A DNA stretch of 64,000 nt from Octopus vulgaris (Eukaryota), in the NCBI GenBank assembly GCA_951406725.2, contig OX597823.1:14198001-14262000 (forward strand), read 5' to 3'. The translations under genes and the position numbers were made by a program. Below the pieces are notes generated by a model. The model did not search any database. It worked only from the letters and a program-made list of their open reading frames with translations, and had not been told where the DNA came from. Shown here piece by piece: positions 50,252 to 64,000 of the stretch (positions are counted from its first letter, which is position 1; each line of letters starts with the position of its first letter).

Positions 50252-50636
50252 GGCGCAGGAGTGGCTGTGTGGTAAGTAGCTTGCTAACCAACCACATGGT
50301 TCCGGGTTCAGTCCCACTGCGTGGCATCTTGGGCAAGTGTCTTCTGCTATAGCCCCGGGCCGACCAATGCCGTGTGAGTGGATTTGGTAGACGGAAACTG
50401 AAAGAAGCCTGTCGTATATATGTATATATATGTGTGTGTGTGTGTGTCTATGTTTGTCCCCCTTGCATTGCTTGACAACCGACGTTGGTGTGTTTACGTC
50501 CCCGTCACTTAGCGGTTCGGCAAAAGAGAGCGATAGAATAAGTACTGGGCTTACAAAGAATAAGTCCCGGAGTCGATTTGCTAAAGGCGGTGCTCCAGCA
50601 TGGCCGCAGTCAAATGACTGAAACAAGTAAAAGAGT
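50252..50636 (+). mobile_element. SINE family A
   Basis: Full length, inserted in (AAAT)n. Confidence 0.88.
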
Positions 50637-50888
50637 AAATAAACAAATAATATTCTTCGATGAAGAAAGCGAAATGTCTTAAATATCTCGAGCAGACGAC
50701 CGTCTAGTTTGGAGAATGAGAGACGAAACTGTCAACTGGTGTTGAACAAGAAATCTTTTTCGTAACAGAACATTATACATCATATCGTCTACTCGACTCA
50801 AAATTCATACAAAGATTTGATCTAACTGTATTATGTTTTTGCTGCCACCGGAGTACGGACTCCAGTGTTTCTCCTCGGAATCTCCTGT

Positions 50889-51306
50889 GGATCTTATCGG
50901 TTTGAACGGCAGTTTTTAACATAATTTCTAGGTAACTAAAAAATTTTAAACTTCGTATACTGGTAGAATGTGTTTATAAAACATCTTTTTCTCTTGGCTT
51001 TATTGAGAAAATTCTATAGTTTGTAAGATATTTGTTGGTTTTTTTTTCTTCAATTTCTGCAATTTCAACCAATCACTGACGTCCATTGAGGTAAAAAAAA
51101 AACATTCTGTGCCGTATGAATATGTCCCTCGCTTAAAAAACAGATTGGGTTTATTTACATTTGTGAAGAAAAAAAGATACCCTTGGTCCCCACCCCTAAC
51201 CCTAAAAGAGATTGAAATGCAATAGATCGATTCTAGGGTCATAATTATGGGTGACAAATTCATATGACACCGCTAGAAAAAACTGCCGTTCAAACCGAAA
51301 AGATCC
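50889..51306. mobile_element. Merlin-like MITE
   Basis: ~29-bp TIRs GGATCTTATCGGTTTGAACGGCAGTTTTT / AAAAACTGCCGTTCAAACCGAAAAGATCC. Perfect 8-bp TSD TCTCCTGT (50881-50888 and 51307-51314). GG...CC termini. Confidence 0.85.
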
Positions 51307-52299
51307 TCTCCTGTTATTATCAAAATAACCTTATTATGAATGTCTATTATTGCGTTGAACTGAAAACACAATGCCAGTTATCGTCTGTGTTTTACACACC
51401 ATCTTACCATCGAGAGAATACGCGCGCGTGTGTGCGCGTGTACGTGCTTCCTCGGTGTCTGACCATGTAATTAAACGATTAAACTGTTATCTTTTACATG
51501 CATTTTGTCCGACTTGACTACGTGTACAAAATGTGTGAAAAACGTATTTCACAGTGTCTATGACGTTTTACTCACTCTTTTCAAACGTAGATATATATAT
51601 GTTTGCGTGCGTGCGTGTTTGTGTGCGTGTAGGTGTGTATGTGTGTGTGTGTGTGTGTGTGTGTTTATTCCTTACGTATACATACATACACGAATACATA
51701 TATATGTGTGTGTATGTGTGTGTATATATCTGTGTGAATGTATCGATATGTATGCTTATGTGTACACCTTTCCTCCATGCATGTCTGTTAACATGTATGT
51801 ATACATGCATGTGCGTATGCGTCTACATGTATTTATAGTATGTATGCGTGTACGTACGTATGTATGCTAATGTAGCTATATGCATATGTGTGCGTGCGTG
51901 CATTTTCCTTGTATGTATTCGAATACACACGCACAAGCACACGCGCACGCATCCGTCTGTTTTTCCGACGTGTGTAGTCGCTATATTTGTCTACAACGTC
52001 TGAAAGTCCCACTTCAGAAATATAGGAGGAAAATTTAGGTAGGATTCCTGAAGAAAAGAAATTTGTTTCCAAGTGGGGAAAATTATCATTATTCGCAATG
52101 TTTCTGCTCGATGTATTATCCATGTTGTTCATTTTAACACAAGGCAGGCAGTAAGCCTACCTTTTTTTTTTTTTTTTTTTTTAATATTACAGTATATGTA
52201 ATGAGAGAAATCTAGCAAATCTGGGTGGAATAAAGAATAACGGTTACATGGTTAATTTTGTATCTTCTTTCTTTCTTTCACTACTCGTTCCGTCTTATA

Positions 52300-55950
<3,651 letters not shown>

Positions 55951-56175
55951 GCTGAACTATGAAGCAGTCGCACGGGATAACTTGTGGTATCTTTCTAGAT
56001 CTATGCATTCTAAGTTCGAAGCTCACCACGTAACCGATATACGGTGATAACGCAGGCATCATTTGCGACCACCAGGTAGAATAAGCAATTTGAAAAGCAA
56101 TGATGTAAGCATTGTTTCCTTATCTTTTTGATCAGAAGATCGACTGCTACCCTCCCCACCATCCACCACTGCCAC

Positions 56176-56273
<98 letters not shown>

Positions 56274-56277
56274 GAGA

Positions 56278-56460
56278 GAGAATTCATGAAAAATACACAA
56301 GAGACGAAGACAGATGGTGTAGAAAACAAACAGATGTATTAGTATAACGCTCAGGAATTGAAAAAGTCTTTTACGTTTCGAGCCTACGCTCTTCTACAGA
56401 AAGGAACACAGAAAGAAACAAGGAGAGAAAAAATATGTGTAGTAGCTACCGATCTATCAT
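56278..56460 (-). mobile_element. PLE pseudo-LTR-like repeat family H1 with a variant hammerhead motif
   Basis: The minus strand has CTTT-CTGTAGA-A-GAGC-GTAG-GCTC-GAAA-CG-TA-AAAG (~56368-56403). Confidence 0.6.
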
Positions 56461-56925
56461 GTATGTAAAAGCATGCTTGGAGCTGTAAATTATAAATATC
56501 TCTTAAAGTGCGAGGATATATTTCCTTTTTGTAGATTTCTGCCAAAGAGTTCAATGACCGAAGCGCTGATAGCATTATGAATTGATATGTTATGTAGTCT
56601 GATTAAAGATAAATCTATACAGATGTATGAAAATTAAAAACATAGCGAGGACACATATATGTTTCTTGTAATTGGATGTATTTAGTAAAACAAATAATAA
56701 AGAAGCATAAAGAACTACAAGAACCTTCTCTAAGCTGGAGGACAAATGCAAGATAATTAAACCAACCGAGACGAAAACGTAATAGATGAGGTGTAAATAT
56801 TAAGTTGAAATGTCAATAAATTAAAGAAAACTACTTCTCTTTAAGCATAGGCAATCTGCAGCTAAATACATCAGTTTAATTTTAACCTGTACTTGAAACT
56901 ATGAATTAAGACTATATATCAAAAT

Positions 56926-57317
56926 CGATGGAAGCACTCCGTCGGTTACGACGATGAGGGTTCCGGTTGATCCGAATCAACGGAACAGCCTGCTCGTGAA
57001 ATTAACGTGTAAGTGGCTGAGCACTCCACAGACACGTGTACCCTTAACGTAGTTCTCCGGGATATTCAGCGTGACACAGAGAGTGACAAGGCCGGCCCTT
57101 TGAAATACAGGTACAAGAGAAACAGGAAGAAAGAGTGAGAGAAAGTTGTGGTGAAAGAGTACAGCAGGGATCACCACCATCCCCTGCCGGAGCCTCGTGG
57201 AGCTTTTTTAGGTGTTTTCGCTCAATAAACACTCACAACGCCCGGTCTGGGAATCGAAACCGCGATCTTATGACCGCGAGTCCGCTGCCCTAATCACTGG
57301 GCCATTGCGCCTCCACG
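56926..57317 (-). mobile_element. SINE family D (full length, young)
   Basis: tRNA-like head, CpG intact, perfect 14-bp TSD CTATATATCAAAAT (56912-56925, 57318-57331). Confidence 0.9.
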
Positions 57318-57915
57318 CTATATATCAAAATAAGATAGACAAGACTGCGTGCTGTTTCGTCGAATAAAGAACTCAATAAGGAATGGATTTGAGAGCATTT
57401 TGGTTCTTCTTTTTTCAGAGACGACCAACAAGATAAAGTCTCTCTCTCTAAGATAGAAGTGTTGATAATTATCAAAATATTGTTTCTCTTTTCACAATGT
57501 TCTATCTACCACCACTCACAACACTTAATAACTAATGAATTCAAACTTACGAATTACGACGGATATTTAATTAATAAATTTACCGTATGAACTATGAAAC
57601 GTCGAAACGTCATGTTGTAATGTGAGTATGTACTCAAAAAATAAAAATATCGTTAAAGTAACCTCCCTTTAAAAATAAATCTTCTGGCTTTTTTCCTTTA
57701 TTAATTGCATGTATGAAATACGTACGGTATAGAATTGATCTTTTTTCTTTTACGACTCCTTTACTCGGTACAGAATCAATATGATTTCAAAAGTAAGTTT
57801 TGTGCATTCACTGTTATCAGAACAATCAAACATACACACTCCCACAAACGCGATTACATTTAACTTCCTAATAGATATATTATTAATAGGTTCCTTCTCC
57901 TTTTAAGCGCCATAC

Positions 57916-58375
57916 ATGATTAAATGGAAGCTTCTTGAACAACCGGGGACTTATGTAAATGAGAGTAAACGATGTATGCTTTGCTTGGAAGAGAGCGCAA
58001 GAAGCCTTAAAAAAACTCGCTCGACTCGGGGAAGTTTCTAAACTCCAAGAAAAAAGTTTTTAGTCAATGACCTCATGTAAAACGTTTCCTACTACAAGCA
58101 TGGAAATCCCCCATTTGTTGAATAGGCCCGCTACAGCATTTTCGAATGTATCACCACAGCCGGAGCCGATGTAAGGCGGATAGCCCCATCTCACCTGCTG
58201 CACTCATGTACTGATAAATATTTTTTTTGTTTACAAGACTAACTGATCATGAAGTATTTCTTTCTCCAGTTGTAGAGAGGTTATGCGCCTTCGACCATTT
58301 GAGTCTGATGAATCATCTATGCTTCTAAGCGCGGAACCAATGGTCGTATTTAACTTCCTAAAATGTATATTATTG
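57916..58375 (+). mobile_element. Penelope-like element 3' end (C-terminus of the GIY-YIG region plus 3' UTR)
   Basis: MIKWKLLEQPGTYVNESKRCMLCLEE...KFLNSKKKVFSQ*PHVKRFLL. A direct repeat TTAACTTCCTAA..TATATTATT at ~57860 and ~58350 suggests a tandem pLTR. Confidence 0.7.
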
Positions 58376-58477
58376 CTCTAATGCTGTCGAGTGTGCTTCT
58401 TTTACAGATATATGAACTAATGACGATATATATACACAGACATGCAGGAATAAATAGACATCTTTAATTTTCAAAAC

Positions 58478-58789
58478 CTTTTATTTGATATTAATTGGTT
58501 GAAGGAGAGGTTTTCTACTAGCTGCTCGTCTATAATACCCAAGCTTGTGCAAATATGTAACACACGTTCTTGGACTAACTTCTAGCTGTTTTGCAATGTC
58601 AGAAGCCTTCGAACGGGGTTCGTTTTCAACAATTCACTTCAAACAGCGAAGCTTCTTTTCCGAGGGCCCAAGTCGGCCGGGACGAGAATCTGTTGACTCT
58701 TTTCTTTGGCTTTTGAATTGCACTATAATTCTGTTAACACTAGCAAGAGGAATTTGAAGACTTTCGGCAATTTTTCGCTGGCTAAGACC
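58478..58789 (-). mobile_element. Tc1-like transposase N-terminal (paired HTH) pseudogene fragment
   Basis: Manual translation: [22 protein letters not shown]...SRPGR...*IVENEPRSKASDIAKQLEVSPRTCVTYLHKLGYYRRAASRKPLL, with in-frame stops. Confidence 0.8.
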
Positions 58790-58899
58790 AGCCTCAGATT
58801 GCCCAACAATACGATCGTGACCGCAACTCCCTAACCACTAAGCGATGCGCCCTAACTATATATATATAAATAGACAGACAGACAGACTCACAGACAGAC

Positions 58900-58970
<71 letters not shown>

Positions 58971-59001
58971 CAGGTAGGTAGATAGATAGATAGATAAATA
59001 G

Positions 59002-59057
<56 letters not shown>

Positions 59058-59299
59058 ATAGGTAGATAGGTAGATAGATAGATAGAGGTATGTTAATGCA
59101 AACACGAAAAATTGAACTCAAAATATGAGTATATGTATATTGTTTACAGTTCTATATTTAAGAGATCAGGAATTACGTATATTATTTACATTATTTACGG
59201 GCATATGGCATAAGCTTATGTATAAGCAAGTGTATGTATGTATGTATAAGGTGTTGTACGAATATGTGTGTATATATTAACTATGTATGTATATATATA

Positions 59300-59820
59300 T
59301 ATACCCCACCCACTTCTACATACCCTACCCCCACCCTGACCCCAACCCCCACACTACCACACTACACACCACCATACCACAACACATCACATCACACCAT
59401 CCCGCACACACTAGCATTGACGACTTCCCAGCACCCACACCATCATCCACACACCTACACATGCACACACGCACATGTCAGGGTCATCAGCCCCTATCTA
59501 CACGCACATACACGGCCTCACATACAGACGCACATGCACCTTCGTTTTGGGACAACTACTACTTTATTATCTCCCCTTCTTCCTCGCTCTCCTGGCTGAC
59601 CACCTCTGTCTGGCATTCGCCATGATTGATCGCTAGCCACTAAACCTTTTTGTTCTTATTTTCCCTCTCTGTTTATTTCTGTGTTTCTTTCTGTTGAAGA
59701 GCAAAAGCTCGAAATGTAAAAGACATTCTCACTTCCCGAGCATTAAACTAATATATCTGTTTGTTGTTTACACATCCGTCTTCGTCTTTTGTTTTGTTTG
59801 TTTTTGTAAATTCCAACTAT
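59300..59820 (+). mobile_element. Longer copy of PLE pseudo-LTR-like family H1
   Basis: C/A-rich upstream part, then TCTTT-CTGTTGA-A-GAGC-AAAA-GCTC-GAAA-TG-TA-AAAGA at 59686-59723. Ends in (TA)n. Confidence 0.55.
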
Positions 59821-59887
59821 ATATTTATATATATATGTGTGTATGTGTGTATGTATATGTGCATGTATATGTGTATACATATATATG

Positions 59888-59926
<39 letters not shown>

Positions 59927-59929
59927 ATA

Positions 59930-60060
59930 CTAGCAGAGATACCCGGCGTTGCTCGGGATTAAAATGGCATAATTTGTATATAATATATAACAGTTATGTT
60001 GAAACAGATGATATGGGAAAGTGCAGCATTGACAACAAAACATTTGTGGAGTAAATGATG
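59930..60060 (-). mobile_element. Helitron 3' terminus
   Basis: The minus strand ends CCCGAGCAACGCCGGG (GC hairpin)-TATCTCTG-CTAG|T. Inner boundary uncertain. Confidence 0.65.
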
Positions 60061-60089
60061 GACTAATTCGACTAAGCAACCTGCTATGC

Positions 60090-60345
60090 GTCCCTTTGCT
60101 TTTCACTGTGAAACGTTGTCTCTGTTTGAAGGAGAACTCTGATCCCCCAATTAAATAGTCGCATATCTCACAGTTGGGTCTGTGTTGTTGAGCAGTATTC
60201 GGGCCTGTGTTAGGAGACTTTTCATAGATTTGGGCTGTCTCTTGCTTTTTATGATGGTGTGTGTTTGTAGGATTAAGTTCATTCTGTGGTTCTTTTTTAG
60301 CAGGGATATGTTTTGGAAGATGGTGCCGAAGGCTTCACTTTGAAA
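60090..60345 (-). mobile_element. Penelope-like element linker fragment
   Basis: IIKSKRQPKSMKSLLTQAR followed, after a frameshift, by NCEICDYLIGGSEFSFKQRQRFTVKS. Typical of the Cys-rich segment before the PLE GIY-YIG domain. Confidence 0.6.
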
Positions 60346-60604
60346 CGTTGTCCCTGTTTGAAGGGATATATATATACATACATACACACACACATATATA
60401 TACTTATATATATATATATCAAGGGCAAACAAGGATGATATGTTAAGTAGTTTTTTAGACATTGGCGTCTTCTTTTAGCATGTAGGTGACTTGTATACTT
60501 GCTTGTCCTTGAGATATAATTATATACAAATTTATAAATCAAGTTGACCATATCCGGTTGATTGCATGCTGACTATCTGATTAAATCTAACGTATAGTTG
60601 ATCC

Positions 60605-60673
<69 letters not shown>

Positions 60674-60676
<3 letters not shown>

Positions 60677-60990
60677 TAATATATAAAATCTATTCTGCTT
60701 GTCTGTTTGTGTGCTTATAACTCGAGTATTGTTCATCCGATCGCGCTGAAATTTTAAACATGGATACACCAGAGAGCGCAGCGTTCCGTAATCTAAAGAG
60801 ATTTTCAAAATCGTTAGTTTCAAAGTGAGAATCGCGATTTTTGCAATCTTTATGTCCTGTTTGTTCCACCATTAAAACAACCAGTTTCTCAGACAGCCGT
60901 CACATATCATTTCGCTAGCAACAAGGGGAGTACAGGATGACAGTCAACCAAAACCGTCGCTATTCTGTCTCTCTTCTTTCCTCTGTCTGT
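60674..60990 (+). mobile_element. Helitron-like 5' terminus (non-autonomous)
   Basis: A|TCTTAATATATAAAA...GTCTGTTTGT...CCGATCGCGCTGAAATTTT after (TA)n. Resembles the 5' ends of animal non-autonomous Helitrons. Confidence 0.45.
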
Positions 60991-61451
60991 AGGGTTAATA
61001 ATCTTAATCTTTAGTTACAGTTTCTCATTCATACTACATAATAGACATAATTGTCGAATTAAAACAGTAGAGTGTTTTGAGGGAGATTTGGCTGCTATTT
61101 CTACCAGGTCTTACGTCTGTATTGTTACGTGAGATACTGTCCTATATATTATATATTACTTCTGCTTTCCAAAACCGAGTTACAGATTTTGACTATGGGG
61201 TATCGAAAGGTTCTGTACTCTTTTGGCTACAAGTTAAACTTAATTTCCATTCACATATTTGCATTTCAAAAATTTAACACAATCTATTCCATAAAACAAC
61301 TATCGTAAAAATGTTATACGATGACGTCACATTTCTATATGTGTGTGTACCTTAAAAGACATCAGTCATCACGGCACACACCTTCACTCACTCACTCTCT
61401 CTTTCTCACCCTCTTTCTCTCTCACATTCACACGCGCTAGCACTCATGCAT

Positions 61452-61511
<60 letters not shown>

Positions 61512-61515
<4 letters not shown>

Positions 61516-61648
61516 CTTATGTCAGCATCAAGATGCACAAAAACTTTTAGATGACTGCCCACACGGAGCCCATAGCGATAATCGCTATGGGCTCCGTGTG
61601 GGCAGTCATCTAAAAGTTTTTGTGCATCTTGATGCTGACATAAGTTCC
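61512..61648. repeat. Perfect palindrome, 68-bp arms with a 1-nt centre
   Basis: 61512-61579 is the exact reverse complement of 61581-61648. Its right end overlaps the start of the hammerhead. Confidence 0.95.
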
Positions 61649-61746
61649 TTGTTTTTCCTGATGAGAAGGCGGCATAATGCACCCCTTATTCCTTCGAAAT
61701 TAGGAATATGCAGCCTTCGAAACATATGTCGAAAATAAAGGAATTT
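61642..61746 (+). ncRNA. Type I hammerhead ribozyme, complete canonical core
   Basis: Helix I TTCCTT-GT-TTTTC / GAAAA-TA-AAGGAA; core CTGATGA 61658-61664; helix II GAAGGC-G-GCATA ... TATGC-A-GCCTTC; GAAA 61719-61722; palindromic helix III ACATATGT; cleavage triplet GTC ending at 61730. Confidence 0.85.
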
Positions 61747-61947
61747 TGTTAATTCGTCGTTCAACTCCATTCTTTCATTTATATATATACATACATATAT
61801 ACATATATATATACACACGTATAGATGTAAGTATGTACATATACGTATGTATATAGGCATGTATATAATTCTTTATATATATTTGTGTGTGGGTGCTCCA
61901 GCGTGGCCGCAGCCAAATGACTGAAACAAGTAAAAGAGTATATATAC

Positions 61948-62027
<80 letters not shown>

Positions 62028-62493
62028 GAGAAGAGCGTGAATGTGTGAAGTACTTGCTATCTCTTCTGCGGGCCCCTAGCCCGCCTACCCACCTATTAAC
62101 CACCTATCTTCAACAAACTAGTCTCCTGCGCACCAGTTAATTGTTGTAAGAAAACCAGCTGTCCAGGCGGTAGTCTGTCTCATCAAGCGTCTCAGCATTT
62201 CACGAACGATCTGTCGAGCTCATTATAATCTCTTCTTGTAGGTAATGTTAGCTAACACTTATCTTCAACTGTTAACAGGCTGACTAACTCACAGATAATA
62301 ACTCCATGTGATACGGGCATGTACATACGTATTTGTGCATCCGCATGTGCGAGCGTGAATGTATGCATATATTTGTTCATAATGTATTCATACATGCATA
62401 TACATAAGCATGTGCAAAGATATGTACGTACATATAGCACATATATATGTGCTATTTATATATGTGTGAGTATATGTGTGCTATATATGAGAA

Positions 62494-62714
62494 GAGGGGG
62501 CTGAAAACTTCCTGGGTTGGGGTAAAATAATATTCCGGAGAATCAGTTAAAAAGGATTTTATCTAACATTCCCCTCTAAGATACACACACTCACACACTT
62601 ATTGCAGCAATCCTTCAGTTTTTCTAAGTCCTGTAAAAGAATTCGGGAGGTTGGACTTCCAACCAAGCCTTTCGCAGAACTGTTAAAAGCCAGGATCTTT
62701 TCAGTACCCCCACG
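62494..62714. mobile_element. mariner-type MITE, degenerate
   Basis: GAGGGGGCTGAAAACTTCCTGG ... CCAGGATCTTTTCAGTACCCCC imperfect TIRs. Confidence 0.6.
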
Positions 62715-62724
62715 CGTGTGTGTG

Positions 62725-62772
<48 letters not shown>

Positions 62773-62929
62773 CACATGACTTATACAGGCTACAAATCGG
62801 TGAGAAACGCGGTAAAAAAAAGGGAAAAGGAAAAACAAATGAAGAATTAGTTATGTCTCCTTTGACCGTAAAGTCGTAAAGGTTGGCAGGTGTGAAATCA
62901 ATGGAAGGAGTCCAAAGTCTACGATGTAG

Positions 62930-63540
62930 CTGCTAAATTCCCAATTAGTCAAAAGAAATTTGACCATATGTTTGCATTTGCTGATAACTTCTAATGTGGA
63001 ATTCAGTAGTGCGGTGGGATTCTTAGATCTAAAAAGGATATGCGATCTTTCGGTTACGCATAACTTGCATTTTGATCCATTAACATATGGCATGGATTTT
63101 TTACGATTTTCCACTTGATTGTATGAGGCGTGGAGTTCATCTTCAAATCCCATACGTAACTAGTCTACAAAATAGCTTTACTTTTGTCTACGTTCTCGAT
63201 GTAAATCTTTTCGGTTATGTTATTAAGTAGCGTTGCTGTAACTTCTGCCACTTATACAACGGAGTTTATCATGCACGTCTTATCGAGTGGACAAACTCCA
63301 GGGTCTCGACAGTTACAACTGGGAGTGGACTCTCGGTGGTGTTTGCAGATAATGATTCTCTTCATATTGGGGCAGCAACTATATGATGATTTAATTGAGC
63401 GCCTGTTAAAGATCTTTCTGTATTTGTGATTTTCTGGGAAATGCTTATCTAGGAGAGACAGACATCTTTTACCTACGTTAGTTATAACAATGAAGGAGAA
63501 GGAAGGGGTAAACCAAATTATTTTCCTAGGTCTATTCTTA
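62930..63540 (-). mobile_element. Penelope-like element, degenerate linker and GIY-YIG endonuclease region
   Basis: Manual translation: RKIIWFTPSFSFIVITNVGKRCLSLLDKHFPENHKYRKIFNRRSIKSSYSCCPNMK...SCNCRDPGVCPLDKTCMINSVV*VAEV...YVWDLK...CKLCVTERSHIL...LLNSTLEVISKCKH. Contains stops and a frameshift. Confidence 0.88.
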
Positions 63541-63788
63541 GGTCTATCATTATTAATCGTATTATTTCTAGAATGGTTGTAATATAACTGCTAGGGAATT
63601 GTTATAGTAGGAAAATTCCTTAACGGAAAAATAAACTATAGTGGTTAGGGCATTTAGTTCTATTCTTAGGTCTATCATTATTAATTGTATTATTACTAGA
63701 ACGGTTGTAATATATCTGCAAGTTAGAATATTGTCATAGTAGGAAAATTCCATAACGGAAAAGTAAACTATAGTGGTTAGGGTATTTG
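63530..63788. repeat. Two diverged tandem copies of a ~130-bp unit
   Basis: TCTATTCTTAGGTCTATCATTATTAAT...AACTATAGTGGTTAGGG occurs at ~63531 and ~63659. Confidence 0.8.
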
Positions 63789-64000
63789 GCTCACAAATCA
63801 CGAGTTCGATTTCTAGCGGTGCGTTGTGTCCTTGGGCCAGACACTTTATCTCATGTTGCTCCAGTCCATTCAGCTGCTAAAAAATTCAAAGGGTTAGCCC
63901 CGTCACATTCTGTGAATCTTACTGAAGACCTACGTTTAGGATACGCATGTTCGTGGAGTGTATGTTAGTTTCGTGAGCAGGCTGTTGCTTTGATCAGATC
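63771..64000 (+). mobile_element. SINE family D, degenerate, runs off the window
   Basis: TAGTGGTTAGGG..GAGTTCGATT head and GTCCTTGGGCCAGACACTTT core. Confidence 0.65.

Noticed and set aside
57240-57317. tRNA gene
   Set aside because: The tRNA-like sequence is the head of a TSD-flanked SINE; the acceptor stem does not close.
58290-58350. CTGATGA downstream of the PLE ORF end as a hammerhead
   Set aside because: There is no GAAA and helices I/II do not pair convincingly; at most a decayed remnant.

Overview
Eukaryotic, AT-rich, microsatellite-dense animal DNA. The repeat families look like those of an octopus or other coleoid cephalopod (inference from repeat style, not a database result). 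Only one host gene is supported: the first coding exon of an IRF2BP-family gene (IRF2BPL/IRF2BP2/pits-like) on the minus strand, 41214->40353, ending at a CAG|GTGAGA donor. I found no downstream exon, so 1-40352 is probably one intron of at least 40 kb. The rest is transposon-derived or simple repeat: four SINE-type families (called A-D here), RTE LINE fragments, Penelope-like (PLE) fragments, a Tc1 transposase remnant, piggyBac-, mariner/pogo- and Merlin-type MITEs, and Helitron ends. The most striking non-coding signal is a set of small hammerhead-ribozyme (HHR) elements. One is a complete canonical type I HHR (61642-61746) fused to a perfect 68-bp palindrome. Another is an inverted repeat carrying an HHR motif in each arm (30061-30300). 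A third is a four-copy family with a shared variant core (CUGUNGA). These are best read as Penelope pseudo-LTR or retrozyme-like elements; whether they are new needs a database search. Almost all other listed ORFs are artefacts of microsatellites and SINEs. Repeat boundaries are read by eye and approximate.
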